DNA of 32,000 nucleotides, from assembly GCF_001652585.1 (NCBI RefSeq), contig NZ_LWLG01000004.1, positions 30,001 through 62,000 of the forward strand, given 5' to 3'. Shown here one piece after another: positions 1-8,625 of the stretch. Source of the DNA: Thermosulfurimonas dismutans (GTDB taxonomy: Bacteria; Desulfobacterota; Thermodesulfobacteria; Thermodesulfobacteriales; Thermodesulfobacteriaceae). Every line of letters starts with the position of its first letter. Positions within the stretch are counted from its first letter, which is position 1. A program made the position numbers and the translations under genes. Under the pieces are notes generated by a model that was not told the origin of the DNA, did not search any database, and saw nothing but the letters and a program-made list of their open reading frames with translations.

Positions 1-421
1 AGGCCCCGGAAAGGGTCACCCCGGCGTCTGCCCCCACCGTGATCACCCCGACGGCTTTGCCCTCCACATAACTGGGCTCTCCAAAGGCCACCATGTTTTC
101 GAGGGCTGTCATGCGATCAATAAGGATCTTTAACGGCCCGGAGGGGCCATACCAGTAAACCGGCGAGGCTATGATATAGCCGTCAGCTTTTTTGAGTTTC
201 TGGAGGATCTCTTTGCCATAGTCTTCGAAGATACACGGATATTTACACGTAGGTTCCTCTTCCTGGACGCAACCGATACAGGGTTCGATCTTTTGGGCAT
301 ACACGCTTATCAATTCGGTAGCCACGCCTTCTTCCTCGGCGGCGTAAAGGGCGCAACGCAGAAGAGAGCCCGAACCTCCAAAGGGGTGCGGCGAACCGAG
401 TATCCCTATGATCCTAGGCAT
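1..421 (-). CDS. Flavodoxin-like / NADPH-dependent FMN reductase family protein (iron-sulfur flavoprotein-like). The C-terminus is cut off by the window edge.
   Basis: My own translation of the minus strand from ATG 421..419 gives MPRIIGILGSPHPFGGSGSLLRCALYAAEEEGVATELISVY...CIGCVQEEEPTCKYPCIF...ADGYIIASPVYWYGPSGPLKILIDRM. This shows the typical FMN-reductase fold signature (GSP...; SPVYW) and a compact Cys cluster. The frame is open to position 1, and it is absent from the ORF track because it is open-ended. Confidence 0.7.
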   Translation of the reverse strand, partial: MPRIIGILGSPHPFGGSGSLLRCALYAAEEEGVATELISVYAQKIEPCIGCVQEEEPTCKYPCIFEDYGKEILQKLKKADGYIIASPVYWYGPSGPLKILIDRMTALENMVAFGEPSYVEGKAVGVITVGADAGVTLSGA

Positions 422-1328
422 TGCGATTCAAGACCTCCGTAAGCCAGAATTTGGGCAGGGCAAAAGAGGCCCGGTGGACCTCGTGGGTATAATACTTGGT
501 CGCCGGAACACTCTTTTTACGAGGTTCGCCAGGGTCTCCTCCAGGGAACCTCAACACATAGGCGTTGTCCCCCCCAAAGGAGGGAATGGAAGCCCGATAA
601 CAGAAGACCTCTCCTTTGGAGTAGACGTTGGTAAAGACCTTGTAAGAGCCTTCGAGGATGTTCTTCATAGTAAAGGGAGTAGCTGCCTGCTGGACAATGG
701 CTCCTCCCGGGGCCAGTTTTAGAAGTAGCCGGTGAAAATCTTCGCTAAACAAGGAATGCGAGAGTTCCAGGGTGAAGTCGGAGGTAGAAATATCCGGATC
801 GGTGGAGTCGATTATCACGAGATCGAAAGTTTGCCCCTGGCTTACGAGATCTTCCACCAGCTTAAAGGCATCCACGGTTAGGAGCTTGAGACGCGGATCA
901 TCCGGATTTTCGGGAAGGAGCTCCGGGAAAAATTCTTTTACTACTCGCGGTACTCGGGGGTCGATATCGGCGATGAGGACTTCTTCCACTTCCGGATACT
1001 TGAGGACCTCCCGAGCGGCCCCGAAGTCTCCACCTCCACAGATGAGAACCCTTTTGACTTTGCCCTCTGGAAAGGCCTGGATAGGGATGTGCACCAAGGC
1101 TTCGTGATAGATGAACTCATCCCGAGAGGTGAACTGCGCGGTGCCATTTATAAAGAGAATTCGTCCCCAGAAAGGGGTCTCCAGGATCATGATGGCCTGT
1201 TCTCCGCCTTCCTCGTGCAGCACGATCCCTTCATAGCCGTAAAAGTAGCCCTTTTGTACCGGCTCACCCAGAATGATCTTGGCCCCTTGCCCTTCGGTGG
1301 GCAAGGAATCTTCCATAATAGCCGCCAT
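414..1328 (-). CDS. speE: Polyamine aminopropyltransferase (spermidine synthase family)
   Basis: The ORF 414..1358 contains VLICGGGDFGAAREV and IIDSTDP motifs. I prefer the internal ATG at 1328 (MAAIMEDS...) because AGAGGAGG lies 5 nt upstream. The ATG at 1358 has no SD. Confidence 0.85.
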   Translation of the reverse strand: MAAIMEDSLPTEGQGAKIILGEPVQKGYFYGYEGIVLHEEGGEQAIMILETPFWGRILFINGTAQFTSRDEFIYHEALVHIPIQAFPEGKVKRVLICGGGDFGAAREVLKYPEVEEVLIADIDPRVPRVVKEFFPELLPENPDDPRLKLLTVDAFKLVEDLVSQGQTFDLVIIDSTDPDISTSDFTLELSHSLFSEDFHRLLLKLAPGGAIVQQAATPFTMKNILEGSYKVFTNVYSKGEVFCYRASIPSFGGDNAYVLRFPGGDPGEPRKKSVPATKYYTHEVHRASFALPKFWLTEVLNRNA

Positions 1329-1379
1329 AGATGCCTCCTCTTGAGGTCTCGCCTCCATAATTACAGGAATCTTATCCTC

Positions 1380-1408
1380 TTGCCAAGTTAACTCCCTGGC
1401 ATTAAAAT
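1380..1408 (+). promoter_or_regulatory. Candidate sigma-70-type promoter for tRNA-Arg (and possibly queF)
   Basis: TTGCCA (1380-1385), a 17-nt spacer, then TAAAAT (1403-1408). The predicted TSS is about 1415, 4-5 nt before the mature tRNA 5' end at 1420. Confidence 0.4.
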
Positions 1409-1419
1409 CACAAGCAAGC

Positions 1420-1496
1420 GCGCCCGTAGCTCAATCGGATAGAGCATTGGACTACGAATCCAAAGGTTGGAGGTTCGAGTCCTCCCGGGCGCGCCA
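1420..1496 (+). tRNA. tRNA-Arg (anticodon ACG), with encoded CCA
   Basis: Hand-folded cloverleaf. The acceptor stem is GCGCCCG/CGGGCGC and the D arm is GCTC-AATCGGATA-GAGC. The anticodon stem is TTGGA/TCCAA with loop CTACGAA (anticodon ACG). The T arm is GGAGG-TTCGAGT-CCTCC, followed by discriminator G and CCA. Confidence 0.95.
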
Positions 1497-1506
1497 TCTA
1501 ACTTTT

Positions 1507-1908
1507 ATGGCTGAGGAAAAGAGATACGGAGAGCGGGCTATTGAAGAGGCCGAGCTTGAGGCCTGGCCCAATCCCTATCCCGACCGAGACTATCGTATAG
1601 ACATCACCTTCCCGGAGTTCACCTGTCTGTGTCCCCGTTCGGGCTATCCGGACTTTGCTACCATTAAAATTTCTTATCTCCCGCACAAAAAGATCGTGGA
1701 ACTACGCTCTCTGAAACTCTGGCTTAACAAATTCCGTGGGCGCTATATCTCGCACGAAGCCGCTACCAACGAGATTTTTGACGCCCTCTGGAAACTCCTT
1801 GAGCCCAGGGAGCTTAAGGTGGTGGGGGACTTCAACCCCCGGGGAAATGTGCACACCGTGATCACCGTGGAACGGCGTCAGGGAAGTTCCGGCAGTCCCA
1901 CGGCGTAA
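1507..1908 (+). CDS. queF: NADPH-dependent 7-cyano-7-deazaguanine (preQ0) reductase, unimodular type
   Basis: [23 protein letters not shown] (catalytic Cys region) and the QueF motif ELRSLKLWL. The ORF-track start at 1447 is a TTG inside the tRNA, so the first ATG at 1507 is used. Confidence 0.9.
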   Translation: MAEEKRYGERAIEEAELEAWPNPYPDRDYRIDITFPEFTCLCPRSGYPDFATIKISYLPHKKIVELRSLKLWLNKFRGRYISHEAATNEIFDALWKLLEPRELKVVGDFNPRGNVHTVITVERRQGSSGSPTA

Positions 1909-3185
1909 GACAATCTGGCCCTGGCAATCTCGTATTCCGCGAGAGCCGCAATCTCGTGAGTTTGAGCCCGGGTAAGCAGGGTTTCGGCATCCATAACATC
2001 CGTGGTGTCGGCCAGGCCCTCGCGAAACCGGGCTCGGTTGAGCCGGAAGTTTTCTTGAGCTGCGGCTAAGGCTTTTTGGGCCACCTCGATTTTCTTTTCG
2101 GCGGCGGAAAGCGAAAGAAGCGCCTCGCGCACCTCAAGCCCCACCCGATCCTTTATTTCCTTTAAGAGGGCCCTCTGAGATAGAAGTTCGGCCCGTACGG
2201 CCGCAACCTCCCGACCGCGAATATCCCAGTCCCAGAGCTCCCAGTTGAGACTCAGGCCCACCCAGGCATTTTCTCTGTCACCGTAAGGGTTCTCGGATAG
2301 ATCCAGAGTGTCTCCCCTTTTGTAATACTGGGCCTCAAGGTCGAGCCAGGGAAAATAGCGACTCCGGGCAAGCCTTAATTCCTTTTCCTTGGCCTTTACG
2401 GCTAAAACCGCGGCTTTTACCTCCGGCCGGTTTTGAAGGGCAAGCTCAAGAAGTTTTTCGTAAGGCTCTTTTACTGGTTTCAAGGGGAACACAGGAATCA
2501 CTTTGAGCGGGGCGGAAAGGGGACGCTGAAGCAGAAGATTCAGTCTGGAACGGGCCACCTTTACCTGATTTTCGACTGAAAGGAGCCGGTATTCGCCCTC
2601 CTTGACCTCGGTTTCGGCCTGAAGGAGCTGGTTTTTAGCCACCAGTCCCTCTCGGAAAAATCCTTGAACATCCCTGAGGTGAGTCCTCCGTCTTTCAAGG
2701 GATTTTCTGGCAAGCTCAAGCTCTTTTTCCGCCTGAACCAGCCGGAAGTAGGCCTCTTTTACCCGAAAGATAAGTTCCTGCTTTACCCGGGCCTCCTCCA
2801 CCTCCGAGACCTTAACCGCAAGCTTCTTTAGATCGTGGCGGGTGGAAATGGCCAGCCCGTGAAACACGGGCAGTTTCACCGTGAGGGCAAAAATGGCCTC
2901 CTCTCGGTCTTTTATGGGGTAATTTCCGAAGGGGGTTTTTATGATCTCCTGATCCCGATAGCGCCGATATTCATATCCGGTATAGAGTTTTGGAAAGTGT
3001 TCCCGAAAGGCCGCTTTTTCCCTTTCCTCCGCGGCCTGTCTTCTTGCCAAAGCGGCCTTTAAGGCCGGATACCGGGAAAGAGCGAGTCTCAAACATTCCT
3101 CAAGGGAAAAAAGGTTTTCTTCAGCTCTCAAGGCAGGACCGAGTAGGCAAAATAAACTCAGGGCCAGAAAGAATATCTTTTTCAC
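1878..3185 (-). CDS. TolC-family outer-membrane efflux protein
   Basis: 435 aa with an N-terminal signal peptide ([21 protein letters not shown]) and a two-fold internally repeated, helix-rich TolC-like sequence. It is the last gene of the tetR-emrA-emrB operon. The GTG start overlaps the emrB stop (GTGA), and GGGAGGTG lies upstream. Confidence 0.85.
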   Translation of the reverse strand: MKKIFFLALSLFCLLGPALRAEENLFSLEECLRLALSRYPALKAALARRQAAEEREKAAFREHFPKLYTGYEYRRYRDQEIIKTPFGNYPIKDREEAIFALTVKLPVFHGLAISTRHDLKKLAVKVSEVEEARVKQELIFRVKEAYFRLVQAEKELELARKSLERRRTHLRDVQGFFREGLVAKNQLLQAETEVKEGEYRLLSVENQVKVARSRLNLLLQRPLSAPLKVIPVFPLKPVKEPYEKLLELALQNRPEVKAAVLAVKAKEKELRLARSRYFPWLDLEAQYYKRGDTLDLSENPYGDRENAWVGLSLNWELWDWDIRGREVAAVRAELLSQRALLKEIKDRVGLEVREALLSLSAAEKKIEVAQKALAAAQENFRLNRARFREGLADTTDVMDAETLLTRAQTHEIAALAEYEIARARLSYAVGLPELP

Positions 3186-4765
3186 GCCCTCACCTCCCTT
3201 CGGGCTTGATAGCTCCGGTAAAGGTTGCGGAAAAAGAGGATGAAGAGGAAGACGGCCCCGAGGAGGGCGAAGTAGTAGGTGCGGCGGAAGGTGTCCTGAA
3301 AGGCGTAACTTGCGGCGTAGAGACTTTCCACCTTGAACATGAGAGCCTTGGCCTTCCGGATGGCAAGCTCAGAGGGAAAAAAGGGCTCAAGAAAGGCCGT
3401 TCCTTTCTGGATGGCTTTCTCAAAAAGAACGCGATTCTGGAGGCCGGTGATCTCCTGAAAATGAAAATCGGTTCGATAAGTGAGGGTATTGGTGGCTATA
3501 GCCGTTCCGAAAGAACCCCCGATAAATCTTTGATAATGCATAAGGACCACCCCGAGGCCAGTCCGGGGCCCGAGGTTGCTTAAAGTGATCCGGGTAAGGG
3601 GCGGGAAAAAGGTTCCAATGGCCATTCCCAGGGGTACGGTGTAAAGGGCGGCCGTAAAGGCCGGGGTATAATAATTGAGGCGCGGGAGGAGAAATACGGA
3701 CACAAAGGAATAGATAAAGAAGCTTGCCACCAGCAGATATTCCGGTTTAAACCGGTCGCTTAAGGCCCCGGAGATTACGGAAAAAAGGCCGATACAGCTC
3801 GCAAAGGCCAGCATGTGAAGCCCGGCTTGGAAAGTGGTAAGGCCTTTGAGGTTCTCGTAATAGAGGGGAAGGAGGTAAAAAATCTGATACATGGAAAAAC
3901 CAAGCACAAAGAAGTGGTAGGCCATGGTAAGGCCGAACTCGGGGATGAGATATATAGAAAGATCAAGCAGGGGTTTACGGGAAAGAAGTTCACTTATGAG
4001 ATAAGCCACCAGGGCCAGAGCCGAGACAAAGGCCAGAGTCCCGATCACGGTGGACTGGAACCAGCCAAGCTGCTGGCCCTTCGAGAGGAGTACCAGCAGG
4101 GAAATGGTGAAGGCGGTGAGAAAGATGTAACTTATCGGGTTGAATTCGAAACGGCCGGTGCGGCCGATTGCACGGGGAAGAAAGAAAAGTCCGGCCACCA
4201 GGGTGAGGACGCCTACCGGGAGGTTGATGTAAAAGACCCAGCGCCAGGAGAGGTGTTCGGTGAGAAACCCTCCGAGGGTCGGCCCCAGGGCCGGGGCAAA
4301 GCTTACCCCCAGGCCGAAGATGCCCATGGCAAGGCCCTGTCTCTCCGGGGGGTAGACCGCAAGGAGGATGGTCTGGGCCGAGGCCGCAATGAAGGCCTCC
4401 CCCAGCCCCTGCATCACTCGCCAGAAGACCATGGAGGGAAGGCTTCCGGCCAAACCGCACATGGCCGAGGAAAGGGTGAAGAGGGTGAGCCCGGAGAGAA
4501 AGGTCCAGGCATAGCCGATCCTCGGAGCCAGGGAAACCACGAAGATGAGGCCTACCGCGGCTGCGGTCATGTAAGCCGTGATCACCCACTGGATGCCGTA
4601 AAGGTCGGTGGAAAGCGGGCCCATCATCTTGGGAACCACGATATCTACGATGGTGGTATCAAGAATAGCCATGAAAAAACCGGTCATTACGATGAAGGTG
4701 ATGAGGACCCGATCCAGGGGAGAGACCGGATAATAAAAACTTTGGGTAACCGGGGCTTCAGCCAT
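3182..4765 (-). CDS. MFS drug-efflux transporter, DHA2 (EmrB/QacA-like, 14-TMS) family
   Basis: 527 aa and hydrophobic throughout, with about 14 predicted TM segments. The N-terminus (DTTIVDIVVPKMMGPL) is typical of EmrB-type proteins. The gene sits between HlyD/EmrA-like and TolC-like genes. Confidence 0.88.
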   Translation of the reverse strand: MAEAPVTQSFYYPVSPLDRVLITFIVMTGFFMAILDTTIVDIVVPKMMGPLSTDLYGIQWVITAYMTAAAVGLIFVVSLAPRIGYAWTFLSGLTLFTLSSAMCGLAGSLPSMVFWRVMQGLGEAFIAASAQTILLAVYPPERQGLAMGIFGLGVSFAPALGPTLGGFLTEHLSWRWVFYINLPVGVLTLVAGLFFLPRAIGRTGRFEFNPISYIFLTAFTISLLVLLSKGQQLGWFQSTVIGTLAFVSALALVAYLISELLSRKPLLDLSIYLIPEFGLTMAYHFFVLGFSMYQIFYLLPLYYENLKGLTTFQAGLHMLAFASCIGLFSVISGALSDRFKPEYLLVASFFIYSFVSVFLLPRLNYYTPAFTAALYTVPLGMAIGTFFPPLTRITLSNLGPRTGLGVVLMHYQRFIGGSFGTAIATNTLTYRTDFHFQEITGLQNRVLFEKAIQKGTAFLEPFFPSELAIRKAKALMFKVESLYAASYAFQDTFRRTYYFALLGAVFLFILFFRNLYRSYQARREVRA

Positions 4766-5901
4766 TAGAATTTCCTTTTAATTTCAACCTCTCCCCCGAG
4801 TCCCACTCTTAAAAGGGAGATGTCCCCTTTGGTAATTTTGATCTTTACCGGAATCCTTTGGGCCACTTTGGTAAACTCTCCGGCGGAAATATCCCGCGGA
4901 ACCAGGGCAAACTTGGCGGCGGTTGCCGGAAGTACGGCCGTCACTACGCCGTAAAAGATTCGGCCGGGATAGGCGTCTATCCTTATTTTGGCTTCACAGC
5001 CGGGTTTTACGCCCCGAAGCTTAGTTTCCTCAAGAAGAACCAGAACATACAGTTTAGAAAAATCCACCACTGCATAAACCGGCTCCCCGTGGGCCACTAC
5101 GTCGCCTTCGGCGTGGAAGCGTTTGGCAATATAGCCCGAGACCGGGCTTTTAAGTTTGCAGTAGGAAAGCAGGACCTGGGCCTCCTCAAGGGCCTTCTCC
5201 TGGGCCTTGATCTGAGCCTTTAAGGCCAAAAGCTCTTTTTCTTTTTCTCGAATGAGTTTGCGCTGGTTTTTTACGATTTCTTTTTCCTTCTGAGTGGCGC
5301 GGATAGCGGCTGAGAGAGAATCTATCCGGGCCAAAAGGGCCTTTCTTTTCTCACGGAGCCCGAGCACCCTGTTCTCAACCTCCTCGAAGCGATGCTCCGG
5401 GATCAGTTTTTCCTCCAAAAGACGCTTGAAACGTTTAAGGTCCCGCTCGGCCTGGGATAAATCCACCTCAAGGGCCGCAAGTTCATTTTTCAGGGCCTCC
5501 CTTTCGGCCTGAAATCTTTCAATTTCGTTTCCGATCTGGGCCTCCCTAAGGGTTAGCTCCTTTCTGAGCCTTTCGATCTCTATCGCAAGGGCCTTGGCCT
5601 TTTCCCGCAAGGCCTTTAAGTTTTCCGTAAGGTTTTTGACCCTTAGGGCGTAGGTGGTATCGTCGAGTTCGGCTAGAAGTTCCCCCTTCGAGGCTCGGTC
5701 GCTTTCTTCCTTGTTAAGTTTCTTGAGTCTTCCGTTTACCTTGTCAAAGGATACAAAGACCAGGGAGTCGGTTTCCACAAAAACGGCGTTGGTCACGGCG
5801 TAAAGGTGGCGGTGCCAGAGAAAACGAGCCAGAAAAACGAGAAGAGTAATAAAGATGGCGAGAAGGATAAATAACGCCAGTCTTCGGTGTTTGTTCTCCA
5901 T
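4765..5901 (-). CDS. HlyD/EmrA-family membrane fusion (periplasmic adaptor) protein
   Basis: An N-terminal TM anchor, a long coiled-coil, and a C-terminal beta domain ending in the EmrA-like GEFTKVAQRIPVKIKI. Its stop overlaps the emrB-like ATG by 1 nt (TAATG). Confidence 0.85.
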   Translation of the reverse strand: MENKHRRLALFILLAIFITLLVFLARFLWHRHLYAVTNAVFVETDSLVFVSFDKVNGRLKKLNKEESDRASKGELLAELDDTTYALRVKNLTENLKALREKAKALAIEIERLRKELTLREAQIGNEIERFQAEREALKNELAALEVDLSQAERDLKRFKRLLEEKLIPEHRFEEVENRVLGLREKRKALLARIDSLSAAIRATQKEKEIVKNQRKLIREKEKELLALKAQIKAQEKALEEAQVLLSYCKLKSPVSGYIAKRFHAEGDVVAHGEPVYAVVDFSKLYVLVLLEETKLRGVKPGCEAKIRIDAYPGRIFYGVVTAVLPATAAKFALVPRDISAGEFTKVAQRIPVKIKITKGDISLLRVGLGGEVEIKRKF

Positions 5902-6498
5902 TTATTTCTCCTTCGGAATGAGGGCCCGGGTAAGGATTTCCCACAGATCTTCCGATCTGGGAAATGGCATCTTCCCTTCCAGTGCTTCCACCACCGCGGT
6001 GGCGATCACCCCGTCCACCAAGGCGGCGTAAAATCTAGGATTCTTGGAAAGGGGAGAGGGTAACTTTTTAAGTATTCCGGCAAGCCTTTCCAGATAGTCC
6101 TCAAAAAGAGCCCGAATCTTTTCCGTATGCACCCCGCGGAATCTCGCCTCCCAGAGTTCCCGAAGGTGAAGTTTGAGCAAGATCTCATTTTCACGAAGGG
6201 TCTCAAGCTTTATTTCCAGAAACCTTTTCAGGACCTCTTGCGGAGGGCCTTCCTCAGAAAGAACCTTTATCACCCTTTCGTGTATCATTGAGGCGGTCTC
6301 AAAGAGAAGGGTTTCATAAAGGGCCTTTTTGCTTGGAAAATACTGATAAAGGGTTCCCACCGCCACCCCGGCTCTTTCGGCAATCTCCACCATTTTAGCT
6401 CGATGAAAGCCCCTTTCCGAGAAGACCGAAAGCGCGGCCGCAAGAATCTCCCTTTCAACCTCCTCACGCCAGGCCTTCCTTTTTGAACGGCCATTCAT
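5902..6498 (-). CDS. TetR/AcrR-family transcriptional regulator
   Basis: The N-terminal HTH reads AALSVFSERGFHRAKMVEIAERAGVAVGTLYQYFPSKKALY. It is the first gene of the efflux operon, and its stop is directly adjacent to the emrA-like ATG. Confidence 0.9.
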   Translation of the reverse strand: MNGRSKRKAWREEVEREILAAALSVFSERGFHRAKMVEIAERAGVAVGTLYQYFPSKKALYETLLFETASMIHERVIKVLSEEGPPQEVLKRFLEIKLETLRENEILLKLHLRELWEARFRGVHTEKIRALFEDYLERLAGILKKLPSPLSKNPRFYAALVDGVIATAVVEALEGKMPFPRSEDLWEILTRALIPKEK

Positions 6499-6499
6499 A

Positions 6500-6535
6500 A
6501 TTTGAATTCTAATTCAAATCAAAATCAAAAGTCAA
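6500..6535 (-). promoter_or_regulatory. Candidate promoter plus palindromic operator of the tetR-efflux operon
   Basis: The minus strand reads TTGACT (6535-6530), 18 nt, TAGAAT (6511-6506), 7 nt, then ATG (6498). A perfect palindrome ATTTGAATT-CT-AATTCAAAT (6500-6519) overlaps the -10. No SD is present. Confidence 0.5.
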
Positions 6536-6549
6536 GGCCGGTAAGAGAA

Positions 6550-6924
6550 TTAAAGAGGCTCAATGCGAATGAGGTGGGCGCCTTTTACTTCTTTAAGCTT
6601 AGAGGGATCGTCAAGGATACGACCTACCAGGTTTACCTCGCTTGCCGGAACCGGATCCGGGCCGGTAGAAGCCGGGGTGGGACCGAAGAAGATGGCCAGG
6701 GCCTGACCTGGAGGCCAGTAGCCAATATCCCCTACCTTCACCTTTACGGTATAGGTCTCATCCGGTTCGCAGCTTACCGGTATCCGGAAGTAAAACTCAT
6801 CCCCCCATTCGCTTGGCTCGGCTTCAATAGGTAGAGCCTCATAGAGCCTACGGGCACAATCGGTATCGAAGAGCTCGGCTCGAAGCTCTAGATTCTCAAT
6901 CCTTATTCGGATAGGGTAAGGCAT
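6550..6924 (-). CDS. Cyclophilin-like superfamily protein (TM1367-like)
   Basis: The 124-aa sequence LELRAELFDTDCARRLYEALPIEAEPSEWGDEFYF...GDIGYWPPGQALAIFFGP matches my memory of the TM1367/cyclophilin-like family. The ATG at 6924 is preceded by GAGGAGGT at 5 nt. The track start at 6927 is a TTG. Confidence 0.7.
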   Translation of the reverse strand: MPYPIRIRIENLELRAELFDTDCARRLYEALPIEAEPSEWGDEFYFRIPVSCEPDETYTVKVKVGDIGYWPPGQALAIFFGPTPASTGPDPVPASEVNLVGRILDDPSKLKEVKGAHLIRIEPL

Positions 6925-8038
6925 CAAGGACCTCCTCGCATAGTTCAGAGACCGGTCGGTCTCCGGAAAGTCTTAGGTAATTGAATCGCGGCAGGATCTC
7001 AAAATAGAGTTCCTTTATGGCCGAAAGCCTTTCTCTGGTTTCGTAAAGCTCGTGGGGTTCACCCCGATCTTTTATGCGTTCTAACGCCAAGTCTTCGGAA
7101 ACATCTATAAATACCACCAGATCTGGTACCGGGGCCACGGTTTCATTTTTACGGAGCAGTTCTTCAACATCGAGGCCCTCACTCCCTTGATAGGCCAGGG
7201 TAGAAGGATAATAACGATCACAGATGACAATTTTGCCGGCAAGCAAAGCCGGCACTAAGATCTTTTCGGCGTGTTCCCGACGGTCCCGCAGGAATAGCTC
7301 AGCATAGGCCTGGGGGGAAAGCGGGGTACGCTTAGCTAGGTGTTCCCGGATTTTCTCCCCCCATTCTCCCCGGGTGGGCTCCTGGGTAAAAATCGCGGGA
7401 ATCCCCCTAGATTTGAGCTCCTGATACACCTCCCTAGCCAGGGTACTTTTCCCAGAGCCGTCAAGGCCTTCGAAGACGATTAGCCGTCCAGGTCGCTCAA
7501 ACTCCACAAGAATCCTTGTTACTAGGAAATCCCGATTATCCGGCGTGATTTCGCAAAAAATAGGCTCCTTTAAACTCAGGATCTCCTCAAGAAAGGGCAC
7601 CTTACCGTAGCCCACGGAAGCCAGAAGTGGCTCTGGTCCTGAAAGAAGCTTCCGCATACGCTCGCGAAAGGCCTCGGAGAAGATTTCCATCTTTCCGATT
7701 TCGTCCACGATGAAGACTGGAGTGGCGCCCGAAGAGCTATCCAGCTCAAGGGAGGAAAGGGCCAATTTTTCGAAGGTCTCAAGGAAGACCTTGTATTTAC
7801 CCACTTGAGGCCAACCTCGGCCCCTTTTGGCCAGCCAGGCCTCTCGCCCGTCGAGAGTATAGATCTTGAACCCCACACGCCGGCCACCCTCCCGGACCTC
7901 ACGGGTTACGAATCCCTTTTTGGGCCCGGCAAGCCTTTCGGCCACCCGTTCTATGAGGGTGGTCTTGCCTGAACCAGGCAACCCATGAACGAGAACCTTC
8001 CTGCGACCGTGGGCCGGGATCTTTATTTTGTTTTCCAT
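6896..8038 (-). CDS. tmk: Fusion protein: N-terminal THEP1-like nucleoside-triphosphatase domain plus C-terminal thymidylate (dTMP) kinase
   Basis: The N-terminal half has Walker A (GLPGSGKTT) and Walker B (FIVDEIGKME), as in THEP1/NTPase_1. The C-terminal half has the Tmk P-loop (FEGLDGSGKST), the DRY motif (CDRYYPSTLAYQG) and a LID-like region. It is one uninterrupted 380-aa ORF. Confidence 0.8.
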   Translation of the reverse strand: MENKIKIPAHGRRKVLVHGLPGSGKTTLIERVAERLAGPKKGFVTREVREGGRRVGFKIYTLDGREAWLAKRGRGWPQVGKYKVFLETFEKLALSSLELDSSSGATPVFIVDEIGKMEIFSEAFRERMRKLLSGPEPLLASVGYGKVPFLEEILSLKEPIFCEITPDNRDFLVTRILVEFERPGRLIVFEGLDGSGKSTLAREVYQELKSRGIPAIFTQEPTRGEWGEKIREHLAKRTPLSPQAYAELFLRDRREHAEKILVPALLAGKIVICDRYYPSTLAYQGSEGLDVEELLRKNETVAPVPDLVVFIDVSEDLALERIKDRGEPHELYETRERLSAIKELYFEILPRFNYLRLSGDRPVSELCEEVLDALPYPNKD

Positions 8039-8610
8039 GGTTTTGGGCTTAAAAGTACATAAGTGGCTCCAGGACCTCCGTCACAGGGTCTAGCACTGGC
8101 GTAGGCCAGAACATGACGCCGTAAGGGCCCCCGCTCGAGCCAAAACCTTACTTTTTCTTTTAACACCGGTTTATCCGGTGAGGAAAGCCCCCGACCGTGA
8201 ATGATGAGCACACACCGTTCGCCACGGAAGAGGGCTTCCCGCATGAACTCAAAGAAGGCGAATTCGGCTTCCGGCACGGTCAATCCGTGCAGATCAAGCA
8301 CTCGGGAGACGGCAAAACGTCCCTCTCTCAAGGCCTTTATCACTTCTTGACTCACCCCCGGGGCACGGCCTTCTATGTATTCCGAGGTCTGCCAGACTCT
8401 GACCTTTATTTTTCGAGGAGGCCAGTTCTTCTCTTCGAAGCGGGGCGGCTCTTTGGGAGCCGGGGACCAAAAGATAGGCTTTCCGGAAAGGGGCCGCACT
8501 TTACGAAAAAACTCTTCTGGGTCCTCATCGCAAAGTGGCCTTTCCGGCCCCTTCGGCAAATCCTCCACCCGGATTTTGTCCTTCAAAATCTCAAAAGGCC
8601 TAAAACCCAT
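8023..8610 (-). CDS. Smr-domain protein (SmrB-like endonuclease family)
   Basis: The C-terminal Smr domain reads LDLHGLTVPEAEFAFFEFMREA...CVLIIHGRG...LKEKVRFWL. The SD GAGGA lies upstream of the ATG at 8610. Confidence 0.8.
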   Translation of the reverse strand: MGFRPFEILKDKIRVEDLPKGPERPLCDEDPEEFFRKVRPLSGKPIFWSPAPKEPPRFEEKNWPPRKIKVRVWQTSEYIEGRAPGVSQEVIKALREGRFAVSRVLDLHGLTVPEAEFAFFEFMREALFRGERCVLIIHGRGLSSPDKPVLKEKVRFWLERGPLRRHVLAYASARPCDGGPGATYVLLSPKPWKTK

Positions 8611-8625
8611 CCCAAATCCTCAGAC

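Noticed and set aside
1396-1412. A TGGCA-containing sequence (CTGGCATTAAAATCACA) as a possible sigma-54 promoter.
   Set aside because: There is no GC dinucleotide at the -12 position. The same bases are better explained as the spacer and -10 (TAAAAT) of a sigma-70-type tRNA promoter.
1447-1506. An upstream extension of the queF ORF (the track start at 1447).
   Set aside because: The start is a TTG inside the tRNA-Arg gene, and the extra 20 residues are simply the tRNA read as protein. The first ATG at 1507 gives a normal QueF N-terminus.
2990-3583. A 197-aa plus-strand ORF spanning the tolC-like/MFS junction on the opposite strand.
   Set aside because: It is antisense to two strongly supported, translationally coupled genes, and its composition is typical of an antisense artefact.
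3990-4589. A 199-aa minus-strand ORF in an alternative frame inside the MFS gene.
   Set aside because: It is a P/G/R/H-rich out-of-frame translation of the transporter gene, with no start context and no recognisable domain.
3815-4768. A 317-aa plus-strand ORF antisense to the MFS transporter gene.
   Set aside because: The translation is low-complexity and G/E/K/H/R-rich with no motif or SD. It lies entirely opposite a well-supported 14-TM transporter. Long open antisense frames are expected in GC-rich coding DNA.
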